Source of the DNA: Deltaproteobacteria bacterium
Lineage (GTDB): Bacteria; Desulfobacterota; Desulfomonilia; UBA1062
Reading direction: 5' to 3'
Assembly (NCBI GenBank): GCA_035352355.1
Contig: DAOPXM010000009.1
Location: forward strand, 39,957 to 103,956
DNA: 64,000 bases
Part shown: positions 51,695 through 60,515 of the stretch, in pieces
Layout: the number at the start of each line of letters is the position of its first letter
Numbering within the stretch: position 1 is the stretch's first letter
Made by a program: the position numbers and the translations under genes
The notes under the pieces: generated by a model
Seen by the model: the letters and a program-made list of their open reading frames with translations, nothing else
Told to the model about the DNA's origin: nothing
The model's database searches: none

Positions 51695-53110
51695 GTGAAG
51701 ATGTCTATGCAGCAGGAAAAGGCAACTGGAGATCGGTTCGGGACGGAGGTCAGGGATTGGGCTTACGGCAGGATGCCGGTACACAGGCCTTCGGGAGCGG
51801 GGGCGTTCGCCGCGGCTGCCCTGCTTCTGGCGATGATGTTCATGGCGGCCCCGCCCGCTTTTGCAGACACATCGTCGTTCGGCAAGTCATACGTCAAACC
51901 GCTGGACGCCCCGGGGAAGTATCTCATGCACCTCGAGGGGACGCCTTACCAGATCGGCTATGCCATGGGGCGCATGAGGCCCCGGGACGTGGTCAGGCTC
52001 GTCCGCGGCGAGTACCTGGCGGGCATGCTCAGCCTCGCCCTGCCGGTGCTCGACAAGGGCCTGCGGCCTGTCCAGGGAGCGGCCATCGACGCGCTCCTGA
52101 GGATGCCCGGGGTGCAGCGTGTCCTCGACACCATGGCCAGGGACGTGCCGTACGAATACCGGCTCGAGATGAAGGGGATCGTGGACGGGACCAATGCGGC
52201 CCTCAGGTACAGGGCCGTAACCTACTACCACGTGCTCGTGGTGAACCTGTTCCCGGCCCTGCAGGCCGTTGTGACCTCGAGCCCGCTCACGGACACCCTG
52301 AGCGCGTGCCACGGGTTCGTGGCCTTCGGCGACGCCACCCGCGACGGGAGGACCCTCATGGGCCGCCACTTCATGTGGGTGGCTGAGCCGCTGCACGAGA
52401 TCACCTGTGTGGCCGAGTACGTCCCCGCGCGCGGCAGGAGGTTCGTGTCCGTCACCTTCCCGGGCATGGTGGGTCTGATCACGGGGGTGAACAGCGCGGG
52501 CATCGGCTGCGGGACGGACTTCTTCAACGCGACCGGCAGCCCCAGCTACCCGAGCGGGCTGGGCATGTGGTTCCTGGGCAGGAAGGTCGTGCAGTACGCA
52601 TCCACCATCTCCGAGGCGGAGCGGATCATCCGCCAGGCGGACGAGGTCGCCCCCTGCTTCGTGCTGGTGGGCGATGCCGCCGGCGCAGGCGCGGTGTTCG
52701 AGGTCTACGACCACAAGGTGTCGAAGCGGTCCGCTGCCTGGGTGCCCACCCATCCGGACACCCCTGACCCCATCGAGATGGAGGACGACCTCGTGGTGGT
52801 CTCGAACCATGCCTTCATGCCCGAGATGTTCCCCATAGACCAGTTCCCCGCGAACTCGCTGACCCGCTACGAGATCCTCACGAGCCTGGTCCTGGGGAGC
52901 TACGGGAGCCTCGACGAGGAGACCGGCCGTGCGGCCATCGACTTCATGCACCCGCCGAGCCCGTACCTGACGGGCGCGTACCAGGGGTACGGCGCCGATC
53001 CCGCACAACCGGTCAAGCAGCACGTGGCCCTGCTGGACCTGTCCACCAGGACTCTCTGGGCGCTCTACGGCCACTACAGCGACCCGTGGGTGAGGTATAC
53101 CCTGCAGTAG
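51695..53110 (+). CDS. secreted C45-family protein, paralogue 2
   Basis: Collinear with paralogue 1, sharing blocks PGKYLMHLEG, VPYEYRLEMKGI.DGTN, DDLVVVSNHAF and IDFMHPPS. Signal-like AAAALLLAMMFMAAPPAFA. Nucleophile context SACHGFVAFG. Start could be the ATG at 51701 or 51707. Confidence 0.7.
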   Translation: MKMSMQQEKATGDRFGTEVRDWAYGRMPVHRPSGAGAFAAAALLLAMMFMAAPPAFADTSSFGKSYVKPLDAPGKYLMHLEGTPYQIGYAMGRMRPRDVVRLVRGEYLAGMLSLALPVLDKGLRPVQGAAIDALLRMPGVQRVLDTMARDVPYEYRLEMKGIVDGTNAALRYRAVTYYHVLVVNLFPALQAVVTSSPLTDTLSACHGFVAFGDATRDGRTLMGRHFMWVAEPLHEITCVAEYVPARGRRFVSVTFPGMVGLITGVNSAGIGCGTDFFNATGSPSYPSGLGMWFLGRKVVQYASTISEAERIIRQADEVAPCFVLVGDAAGAGAVFEVYDHKVSKRSAAWVPTHPDTPDPIEMEDDLVVVSNHAFMPEMFPIDQFPANSLTRYEILTSLVLGSYGSLDEETGRAAIDFMHPPSPYLTGAYQGYGADPAQPVKQHVALLDLSTRTLWALYGHYSDPWVRYTLQ

Positions 53111-53136
53111 GCCCATCGAGCCGCCAGGGGACAAGG

Positions 53137-53181
53137 ATCGGGACGGGGGGTCTGCACCCGGTGCAATCCCTCCGTCCCGAT
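53137..53181 (+). terminator. long hairpin after the second C45 gene (terminator candidate, weak U-tract)
   Basis: 14-bp stem ATCGGGACGGGGGG / TCCCTCCGTCCCGAT-type with one G.T pair and a 17-nt loop, followed by TCGTATCC. Confidence 0.45.
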
Positions 53182-53487
53182 TCGTATCCAGAATAAGATT
53201 TCAGAACGGAACTATCGCATATTCGTCAATCATCGCAGGGAATAAGCAGATCCGGGCCAAGCCTGCAGAAGCGCTTCCGGTGCCATTCTACGAGATTTCC
53301 GGTTGCACTGTGCGGGTTCGGATGGTACTGGTGGCCGTAACGCGCCGGAAGGGCCGTCAGCCATCCCCGAGGGCTCAGGGGCCGCGTCGGGGCCGGTATG
53401 ACCAGGGCCCGTGCGCGGTGGGGAAGGGCCGACGTCCCCTCGTCCCCCTTCATCACATTCAGCATGAGACCATCCGAGGAGCAAGCA

Positions 53488-54231
53488 ATGTCAAAAGCAC
53501 TGAGATTCGTGATCATGGGTGCCCTGCTGCTGGCGTTAGCACCGGTACCCGGCCATACAGAACCATCGGCGACACGGTTGATCCTGGAGGATTTCGACAG
53601 CGGCGCCGTCAACAGGGAGCTCACGGTGTACGGCAACAGCTGGAACGAGCTGAGCCCGCCTGCATACAACCTCAACGCGCCGGGAAGGAAAGGTGGCGGC
53701 CGCTCCTTCACGTCGGGTACCGAACGGGCTGCGTACCTGTGCTGGAAAGAGGGCGTGCCGAACCCCTGGCCCACGGACGAGATGTACGTGTCGTTCTGGA
53801 TGCGCTACCCGACCTTCACGCCAACCGACCCCAACGAGAACATCAAGCTCTTCTATCCCCACTGGGGCAAGGCGAGGAGCTACGTGCACTTCGCCATGAC
53901 CGGCGCCGACACGGTCTACTATTCCGCAAGCGCTGCCGGCAGGATGCTCACGATGGGCAACTGGATCGCCTGCCCCGGCCAGACGGACGGCAAGTGGCAC
54001 CACTACGAGTTCTACGTGAACTTCGCCACGGGCACGGCCAGGTTCTGGTACGACGGCGTGCTCAAGGTCGACGACACCTTCGGCACGGGCGTCTGGACAA
54101 AGGACATCGACTACATCTCCGCCCCGTGCTTCGAGGGCGAGGAGCGGCGGATCTTCTCCCGCCAGATCGATGACTGGGAGATCTGGGACGGCATGCCCGA
54201 CCCGGCGTGGCTGAGCGGGGCAAAAGGCTGA
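53488..54231 (+). CDS. secreted protein, LamG/concanavalin-like jelly-roll (tentative)
   Basis: GAGGAG RBS. Signal peptide MSKALRFVIMGALLLALAPVPGHT. The pattern ...MYVSFWMRY...GKWHHYEFYVNFATGTARFWYDGVLK... is typical of LamG-like lectin folds. Start trimmed to 53488. Confidence 0.55.
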   Translation: MSKALRFVIMGALLLALAPVPGHTEPSATRLILEDFDSGAVNRELTVYGNSWNELSPPAYNLNAPGRKGGGRSFTSGTERAAYLCWKEGVPNPWPTDEMYVSFWMRYPTFTPTDPNENIKLFYPHWGKARSYVHFAMTGADTVYYSASAAGRMLTMGNWIACPGQTDGKWHHYEFYVNFATGTARFWYDGVLKVDDTFGTGVWTKDIDYISAPCFEGEERRIFSRQIDDWEIWDGMPDPAWLSGAKG

Positions 54232-54408
54232 CAGCCGCTTGAGCGGGCCGCGGGGCTGAACGCTGCGCCGTCCGCTCAAGGCCTGCGTGCGCCCCGCCCA
54301 GGGTCTGCCCCTCTGCCCGGCCGCGTGCGGCATGAGGCCCTGGCGTCACGTCTTCCCCACCGCCACGTCCGCTTGTGTTCAAGGGCGCGCGGCTTATCCT
54401 CATTCTTA

Positions 54409-54500
54409 TTGACCCGGCACCTGTGGCCGCGAACGGCATGCAGCCCCATGCCGGGGACCCGCTTTACGTGACGTGTTTGCCGGATCAGTCAAGCATCCGC
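54409..54500 (+). repeat. intergenic repeat family, copy C
   Basis: TTGACCCGGCACCTGTGGCCGCGAACGGCATGCAGCCCCATGCCGGGGACCCGCTTTACGTGACGTGTTTGCCGGATCAGTCAAGC. It contains the hairpin CGGCATG-cagccc-CATGCCG. Confidence 0.6.
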
Positions 54501-54501
54501 C

Positions 54502-55242
54502 GTGAGCAGTGGGGAGAAGCGCATGGATGACGAAGGATATACCACTACCCTCGAAGGCAGGCGGGCACGGTTTTCCAGCGAGACCGAGCAGTTCCTGGAG
54601 GTCGTGGTCTTTCTCTTTCTCATCGTGCCCTCCATGATCCTGTCGTACTTTGCCCCGGAAGAGGGGGAGACGGGCTTCCTCATCACGGCCTCGGCCATCA
54701 TCGCCCGCGACCTGGCGCTCATGTGCCTCGTCCTGTTCTTTCTGTGGCGCAACGCCGAGCCTTTGTCCTTTATCGGCTGGAAGAGGGAGCACTGGGTCAG
54801 GGAGGCGCTCATCGGCATCGCGCTCTTCCCGCTGTTCTTCATCACGCTGGGGCTGGTGGCCTACCTCCTCCAGGGCATCGGGTTCAGCATCCCCACCGCA
54901 GGAGACGGAAAGTTCGTCGCAGATGCGAGCCTCACCCACATGGCGACGGCCCTCCTGCTCGTGGTGGTGGTGGCCGTGGTGGAGGAGACCATCTTCCGCG
55001 GCTACCTCATCCTGCGCTTCCTGCACATCACGAAGAGCAGCACCTGGGCGGTCCTCGTCTCGGCGGTCATCTTCGCCCTGGGACACGGGTACGAGGGCTC
55101 GGCCGGGGTGGGGACGGTGGGGATCATGGGGGTGGTGTTCGGCGTGGTGTACCTGTGGCGCAGGAACATCATCGCGCCGGTGGTCATTCACTTTCTCCAG
55201 GACGTCCTGGGGATCATTGTGGCCCCGATGCTGTCGGGGTGA
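54502..55242 (+). CDS. CPBP-family intramembrane glutamic endopeptidase (CAAX protease/Abi-like)
   Basis: Multiple TM segments with VVEETIFRGYL, FALGHGY and HFLQDV motifs. GTG start; the ATG at 54523 is an alternative. Confidence 0.85.
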   Translation: MSSGEKRMDDEGYTTTLEGRRARFSSETEQFLEVVVFLFLIVPSMILSYFAPEEGETGFLITASAIIARDLALMCLVLFFLWRNAEPLSFIGWKREHWVREALIGIALFPLFFITLGLVAYLLQGIGFSIPTAGDGKFVADASLTHMATALLLVVVVAVVEETIFRGYLILRFLHITKSSTWAVLVSAVIFALGHGYEGSAGVGTVGIMGVVFGVVYLWRRNIIAPVVIHFLQDVLGIIVAPMLSG

Positions 55243-55246
55243 AGGG

Positions 55247-55285
55247 AAAAGGCCCGCAGCCCGTTCTCGATGCAGGGTGCGGGCC
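55247..55285 (-). terminator. hairpin terminator in the convergent gap (thiolase side)
   Basis: Stem GGCCCGCA/TGCGGGCC plus extra pairs. On the minus strand it is followed by TTTTCCCT. Confidence 0.5.
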
Positions 55286-55303
55286 TGGTGTGTACGGTTC
55301 TTC

Positions 55304-56557
55304 CTAAAGCATCTCGACGACCGTGGTCATGGACACGCCGCCGCCGCCGCAGAGCGTTGCCATGCCCAGGGTCTTGCCGCGCTTCTTGAGGGCATGGAGC
55401 AGGGTGACGATGACGCGGCAGCCCGTGCTGCCCACGGGATGCCCCAGGCCGATGCCCGAGCCGTTCACGTTCACCTTGTCCCGGTTGAGCTTGAGGTCGC
55501 GCTCGCAGGCGATGTACTGGGACGCGAAGGCCTCGTTGACCTCGATGAGGTCGAAGCTGTCCACCGTGAACTGAGGGTTGGCCTTGAGGAGGTTCCGCAC
55601 CGCAGGCACCGGCGAGTAGCCCATGATGGAGGGGTGGCACCCGCCGCGGGAAGACGCCACGATCCTGGCAATGGGCTTCAGCCCGAGCTCTTTGGCCTTC
55701 TCGGCGGACATGATGATCACTGCGGACGCACCGTCGTTGAGGCCCGAGGCGTTTCCGGCGGTCACCCTGCCGCCCTTGGGCAGGAAGGCCGCGGGCAGCT
55801 TCGCCAGGTCGTCCATGGTGAGGCCCGGCCTGAAGTGCTCGTCCTTGTCGAAGATCTTCGGGGGCTTGCCCTTCTTCTGGGGGATCTCAACGGGCACGAT
55901 CTCCTCTTTGAAGTCGCCCTCGATCGTTGCGCGCTCCGCGCTGTTGTGGCTCTTGAGCGCCACCTCGTCCATCTCTTCCCTGGTGATGCCGTGGAGGTCG
56001 GCCAGGAACTCGGCGGTCTGGCCCATGATGTAGGGCTTGCCCTTGAACATCTCGTAGATGGGAAGCCCCTTCACCGGGCTGTCCTCTCCGAGGGGCTGAA
56101 CGTGCGAGCCGCAGTGGAGGCCCCTGGTCATGCCGTCCACGAAGACCTTGTCGTTGAGCCTGCAGCCCCACCTGGCGTCGAGCGAGACAAAGGGCGTGCC
56201 GGACATGTGCTCCACGCCGCCCGCCAGGATGATGTCGGCCATCCCGGCCTTTATCATGGCGGTGCCGCTCAGGACCGCTTCCATGCCCGAGATGCAGACC
56301 CTGTTGATGGTGACCGCGGTGACCGTCTCGGGAATGCCGGCCAGCAGGGCGGCGACGCGGGTGACGTTCAGGGTGTCCACGGGCTCCATGCAGCATCCGA
56401 AACGTACGTCGTCGATCATGGCAGGGTCGATGCCGGCCCGGTCGACGGCGCCCTTCATGGCTGCCTTCCCGATGTTCCAACCGCCGACGTCCTTCAGGCT
56501 GCCCCCGAAAGAGCCGATGGCGGTTCTGCAAGCAGAAACGATGACCACATCCTTCAT
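55304..56557 (-). CDS. thiolase (acetyl-CoA C-acetyl/acyltransferase)
   Basis: MKDVVIVSACRTAIGSFGG, active-site NRVCISGMEA, NVNGSGIGLGHPVGSTG and LCGGGGVS. Start trimmed to 56557 (AAGGGGGA RBS). Confidence 0.9.
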   Translation of the reverse strand: MKDVVIVSACRTAIGSFGGSLKDVGGWNIGKAAMKGAVDRAGIDPAMIDDVRFGCCMEPVDTLNVTRVAALLAGIPETVTAVTINRVCISGMEAVLSGTAMIKAGMADIILAGGVEHMSGTPFVSLDARWGCRLNDKVFVDGMTRGLHCGSHVQPLGEDSPVKGLPIYEMFKGKPYIMGQTAEFLADLHGITREEMDEVALKSHNSAERATIEGDFKEEIVPVEIPQKKGKPPKIFDKDEHFRPGLTMDDLAKLPAAFLPKGGRVTAGNASGLNDGASAVIIMSAEKAKELGLKPIARIVASSRGGCHPSIMGYSPVPAVRNLLKANPQFTVDSFDLIEVNEAFASQYIACERDLKLNRDKVNVNGSGIGLGHPVGSTGCRVIVTLLHALKKRGKTLGMATLCGGGGVSMTTVVEML

Positions 56558-56710
56558 GAGATCCCCCTTTTCTGGTTCGTAATCTTGTCGATGGCAGAAC
56601 GTTTCATCCCGCATCAGCAAAAATGAATACTGATTCATGTATCCGAAAAGCGGGTACAAGTAAAGGAAAAAGCTCTTGAAGATTCATTGAAAAACACGCC
56701 GGAAGGGTGT

Positions 56711-57049
56711 ATGGTGCTGGTGATGAACCCGCAAGAGCATCAGGAATGCGCCCGGTGCGGGAAGTGCTGTCTCGCCGACATGATCGCCTACGTCACGCCC
56801 GACGACATGGAACGCTGGGTCCGCGAAGACCGGAAGGACATCCTGCACATCATCGAGAACGAACAGGCGGTCTGGCTGGGCGACCACTTCATCTCCTGCA
56901 GGACCGGCAGGCCCATCCACGGCTGTCCCTTCCTGGAGATGGAGGGGAGGGTGACCTCCTGCAGCATCCACTCCACCAGGCCGGGCGTGTGCAGGAACTA
57001 CCAGCCGGGAGCCTCCGAGATCTGCCCCCTGTGGTACAGGAAGAAATAA
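56711..57049 (+). CDS. YkgJ-family (CxxCxxCC) Zn/Fe-binding cysteine-cluster protein
   Basis: ECARCGKCCLADM..., with later CPFL and CSIHSTRPGVCRNY. The ATG at 56711 follows GGAAGGG. Confidence 0.7.
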   Translation: MVLVMNPQEHQECARCGKCCLADMIAYVTPDDMERWVREDRKDILHIIENEQAVWLGDHFISCRTGRPIHGCPFLEMEGRVTSCSIHSTRPGVCRNYQPGASEICPLWYRKK

Positions 57050-57118
57050 CCTGGTCAATACACGGGTCTTTTTATCGACCTTGACAAGTAAGTAAGTGCT
57101 TGCTAAAGAACTGCGCAC

Positions 57119-57799
57119 ATGGAGACCAGGAAGAGGCTGTCATTCGACCAGAGGCAGAGGCTCATCGTCGAGCGGGTCCGCGAGGTGTTCGCGCACAAGG
57201 GGCTCGAGGGGGTCACCACGAAGGAGCTCGCCCGGGTCGCAGGGGTTTCCGAGGGGCTGCTGTACAAGCACTTCCCCACCAAGCAGGCACTCTTTCAGGC
57301 CATGCTGGACTCCATCGAGAAAGACCTGCCCGACGAGATCCACGAGATCATGAAGCTCGAGCCCTCCACCGAGACCCTGGTAGCCATCGTCCACGCGCTG
57401 GCCACCATGTTCCTGTTCGAGCATTCGGACGGTATGGACGACGTGACGCGCATGTACCTCAGGAGCCTGGCCGGCGACGGCGAGTTTGCCCGGGTCCTGC
57501 TCAAGAGGCCCTACGAGGTGCTCATCCCGAAGCTCGAGGAATGCATCAGGGCGGCGATCGCATCGGGCGACGTCGTCGACAGCCCTGTGGCGCACAGCCT
57601 CAGGGCATGGTTCACGGAGCGCCTGGCCTTCATGCTCATGGCCGAGCACCTGCCCGCTGCGCCGATCATGGAGTACAGCGTATCCAGGGACAGGCTGGCC
57701 TGCAGCGCGGTCTGGTTCCTGCTGCGCGGCATGGGGCTCAAAGAAGAGGCCATACGCCGCTGCTACCCGGCAGGCGCCCGGTCGTTACACGAGGAATGA
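57119..57799 (+). CDS. TetR/AcrR-family transcriptional regulator
   Basis: N-terminal HTH FAHKGLEGVTTKELARVAGVSEGLLYKHFPTKQALF; 226 aa. Directly upstream of the efflux genes. Confidence 0.9.
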   Translation: METRKRLSFDQRQRLIVERVREVFAHKGLEGVTTKELARVAGVSEGLLYKHFPTKQALFQAMLDSIEKDLPDEIHEIMKLEPSTETLVAIVHALATMFLFEHSDGMDDVTRMYLRSLAGDGEFARVLLKRPYEVLIPKLEECIRAAIASGDVVDSPVAHSLRAWFTERLAFMLMAEHLPAAPIMEYSVSRDRLACSAVWFLLRGMGLKEEAIRRCYPAGARSLHEE

Positions 57800-57805
57800 T
57801 CGTTC

Positions 57806-59326
57806 ATGCACAGTGACACACCACATCGGCCATACCCGGGCACCCCCCCCCGCAGGCTGCCCGCCCTCGTCGCCGCAGCGGCGATCGCGGCGCTGCTGCT
57901 CGCCGGGTGCGCCGTGGGTCCGGACTTTACGCCGCCGGCCGCACCTGAGGCCCAAGGCTATACCGCCGAGCCCCTGCCACAAAGGACCGTCAGCACGCCC
58001 ACACCGGGGGGCGAGGAGCAGAAGATCGGCTTCACCAGGGACATCCCAGGTGAGTGGTGGGAGCTCTACCGCTCGCGCCCCCTGGACGAGCTCATCCGCC
58101 GGGCCCTGCAGAACAGCCCGACCCTTGCCGCAGCCCAGGCTGCCCTGAGGGAGTCCCGGGAGTACTACGCCGCCGGGCGGGGGGCGTACTTCCCCTGGGT
58201 GGACGCAGGCGCGTCGGTCCTGCGGCAGAAGGCCTCCGGGGCGGCGTCGCTGCAGCCCGGGGCGAGCACGAGCCCCTTCACCCTGTACAGCGCTTCGGTG
58301 AACGTGACGTACTCCCTCGACCTCTTCGGAGGCATGAGGCGGGAGCTGGAGTCGCTGCAGGCGCTGGTCGACTACCAGGCCTTCCAGCTCGAGGGCGCCC
58401 GCCTGTCGCTTGCCTCGAACATCGTCACCACCGCCGTGTCGGAGGCGTCGATCCGCGGGCAGATCGCTGCCATCCGGGAGATCGTGCGCATCCAGGAGGA
58501 GGGCCTCGCCGTGGTGGAGCGCCAGTTCGGGCTCGGGGCCGTGTCGCGTGCCGACGTGCTCGCCCAGAGGGCCCAGCTCGCCCAGACAAAGGCCATGCTC
58601 CCGGACCTCGAAAAGGCCCTCGACCTGACCCGGAACCGGCTCGCCGTGCTCACCGGTCAGCTTCCCGGGCAGGCGGACCTGCCCGAGTTCACCCTCGATG
58701 CGCTCGCGCTGCCGGACGAACTGCCGGTGACCCTCCCTTCGGAGCTCGTGCGCCAGCGCCCGGACATCCGCGCCTCCGAGGCGCTCCTGCACAGCGCCAG
58801 CGCCCAGGTGGGGGTGGCCACGGCAAACCTGTACCCGGACATCACCATAAGCGGCTCCATCGGGTCCCAGGCCATCCGGTCCGGGGACCTGTTCGGGGCG
58901 GGCTCCGCCTTCTGGAGCCTCGGGGCGGGCCTGCTGCAGCCCGTGTTCCGGGGAGGGCAGCTCACCGCATTGAGGCGCGCAGCCGTTGCCGCCTACGACC
59001 AGTCCGCCTCCCTGTACCGGGAGACCGTGCTCAGGGCGTTCGAGGACGTCTCGAACGTGCTCAGGGCGCTCGACGCGGACGCCCGGACCCTGAAGGCCCA
59101 GGCCGAGGCCCAGGCGGCCGCTGCGGAATCCCTCGAGCTCGCCCGGAAGCAGTTCGCCCTCGGGTCGGCGAGCTACCTGACCCTGCTCAATGCCCAGCGC
59201 CAGGAGCAGCAGGCCAGGATCGCCCTGGTCGAAGCGCGGGCCGTCCGCTACGCCGACACCGCAGCCCTGTTCCAGGCACTCGGCGGCGGCTGGTGGAACC
59301 GGGCCGAGGGGAGGCCCGGTGAATGA
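57806..59326 (+). CDS. RND efflux outer-membrane factor lipoprotein (NodT/OprM family)
   Basis: Lipobox LLLAGCAVGPDF, with a duplicated OEP repeat architecture; 506 aa. Confidence 0.9.
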   Translation: MHSDTPHRPYPGTPPRRLPALVAAAAIAALLLAGCAVGPDFTPPAAPEAQGYTAEPLPQRTVSTPTPGGEEQKIGFTRDIPGEWWELYRSRPLDELIRRALQNSPTLAAAQAALRESREYYAAGRGAYFPWVDAGASVLRQKASGAASLQPGASTSPFTLYSASVNVTYSLDLFGGMRRELESLQALVDYQAFQLEGARLSLASNIVTTAVSEASIRGQIAAIREIVRIQEEGLAVVERQFGLGAVSRADVLAQRAQLAQTKAMLPDLEKALDLTRNRLAVLTGQLPGQADLPEFTLDALALPDELPVTLPSELVRQRPDIRASEALLHSASAQVGVATANLYPDITISGSIGSQAIRSGDLFGAGSAFWSLGAGLLQPVFRGGQLTALRRAAVAAYDQSASLYRETVLRAFEDVSNVLRALDADARTLKAQAEAQAAAAESLELARKQFALGSASYLTLLNAQRQEQQARIALVEARAVRYADTAALFQALGGGWWNRAEGRPGE

Positions 59327-59380
59327 CCGTACGACCCCGGAGAGCCCGGGGCTATCTTTCGTGACATGGAGAGAGCTTTC

Positions 59381-60505
59381 ATGACCAAACGCATGGTGAT
59401 TATGCTGGCAGCCGTCCTCGTCGTGTTCGGCGGCATATTCGGCTACAAGGCCTTCATGGACCACATGATGAAGAAGTACATGGCTGCGGCCGGCATGCCC
59501 CCGGTGACGGTGTCCGCCGTGAAGGCGGCCTTCGATTCCTGGCAGCCGCAGATCAAGGCGGTGGGAAGCCTGAGGGCGGTACGCGGGGTCGACGTGGCGA
59601 GCGAGATCGCGGGCCTCGTGGAGAGCGTGCATTTCACCTCCGGCGACGAGGCAAAGGCGGGCCAGGTCCTCCTCCAGCTCAACGCGGACACCGACACAGC
59701 CCAGCTCCAGGCCATGCAGGCCGCCGCCGACCTTGCGAAGAGCACCTACGAGCGCGACAAGAAGCAGCTCGAGGCGCAGGCCATCAGCCTCTCGACCCTC
59801 GAGGCCGACGAGGCGGACCTCAGGGCCAAGCAGGCCCAAGTGTCCCAGCAGGCTGCCCTCGTGGCGAAAAAGACCATCAGGGCGCCCTTCGCCGGCAGGC
59901 TGGGCATCGCCTCGGTCAACCCGGGCCAGTACGTGAACCCGGGCGACAGGATCGTCACGCTCCAGTCCCTGGACTCCCTGCTCGTGGACTTCCTGCTGCC
60001 CCAGCAGGAGCTCTCCCGGATCTCGAAAGGGCTCAGGGTGATGGCCACGGCCGACGCCTACCCGGAGAAATCCTTCACGGGCGTCATAACCGCCATCAAC
60101 CCCCGGGTGGAGGACAAGACGCGCAACGTCAGGGTGGAGGCGAGGATAGACAACCCGGGCCGCGTGCTCCTGCCGGGCATGTTCGTGACCGTGGAGGTGG
60201 AGGCGGGCGAGCCCCGGCGCTACCTCACGCTGCCCAGGACCGCCGTGGTCTTCAACCCCTACGGCGAGACCGTGTATATCGTGGAAAACAAGGGAACCGA
60301 AGAAAAGCCCGCCCTCACGGCCAGGCAGACCTTCGTCACCGTAGGGCCTTCCCGGGGCGACCAGGTGGCTGTCCTCAAGGGTGTCAGGGAAGGGGACCTG
60401 GTGGTCACGAGCGGGCAGCTCAAGCTCAGGAGCGGCAGCCCGGTGGTGGTCGACAACCGGGTGCAGCCCTTAAGCGACCCCGACCCCAGGCCCGCAGACG
60501 GGTGA
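59381..60505 (+). CDS. RND efflux periplasmic adaptor (MFP/HlyD family)
   Basis: N-terminal TM anchor, coiled-coil hairpin (LQLNADTDTAQLQAMQAAADLAKSTYERDKKQ) and beta-barrel domains. Start could be 59366. Confidence 0.9.
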   Translation: MTKRMVIMLAAVLVVFGGIFGYKAFMDHMMKKYMAAAGMPPVTVSAVKAAFDSWQPQIKAVGSLRAVRGVDVASEIAGLVESVHFTSGDEAKAGQVLLQLNADTDTAQLQAMQAAADLAKSTYERDKKQLEAQAISLSTLEADEADLRAKQAQVSQQAALVAKKTIRAPFAGRLGIASVNPGQYVNPGDRIVTLQSLDSLLVDFLLPQQELSRISKGLRVMATADAYPEKSFTGVITAINPRVEDKTRNVRVEARIDNPGRVLLPGMFVTVEVEAGEPRRYLTLPRTAVVFNPYGETVYIVENKGTEEKPALTARQTFVTVGPSRGDQVAVLKGVREGDLVVTSGQLKLRSGSPVVVDNRVQPLSDPDPRPADG

Positions 60506-60515
60506 GGAGGGCCGC

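Noticed and set aside
54409-54445. Possible sigma54 (-24/-12) promoter reading of the conserved CCGGCACCTGTGGCCGC block of the repeat family.
   Set aside because: The GG-to-GC spacing is off by one in copies A and C. Copy B lacks the GG doublet (CTGCAC), and no TTGC element is present. Its position at gene 3' ends fits a terminator/REP-like role better.
57843-57851. C9 homopolymer 37 nt into the OMF lipoprotein gene (possible slipped-strand phase variation).
   Set aside because: It encodes Pro-Pro in frame. Comparable G7/G8 runs (18344-18350 and 18841-18848) occur within the PP2C gene, also encoding Pro-Pro, so such runs seem to be a compositional feature here. I see no evidence of length variation from a single sequence.
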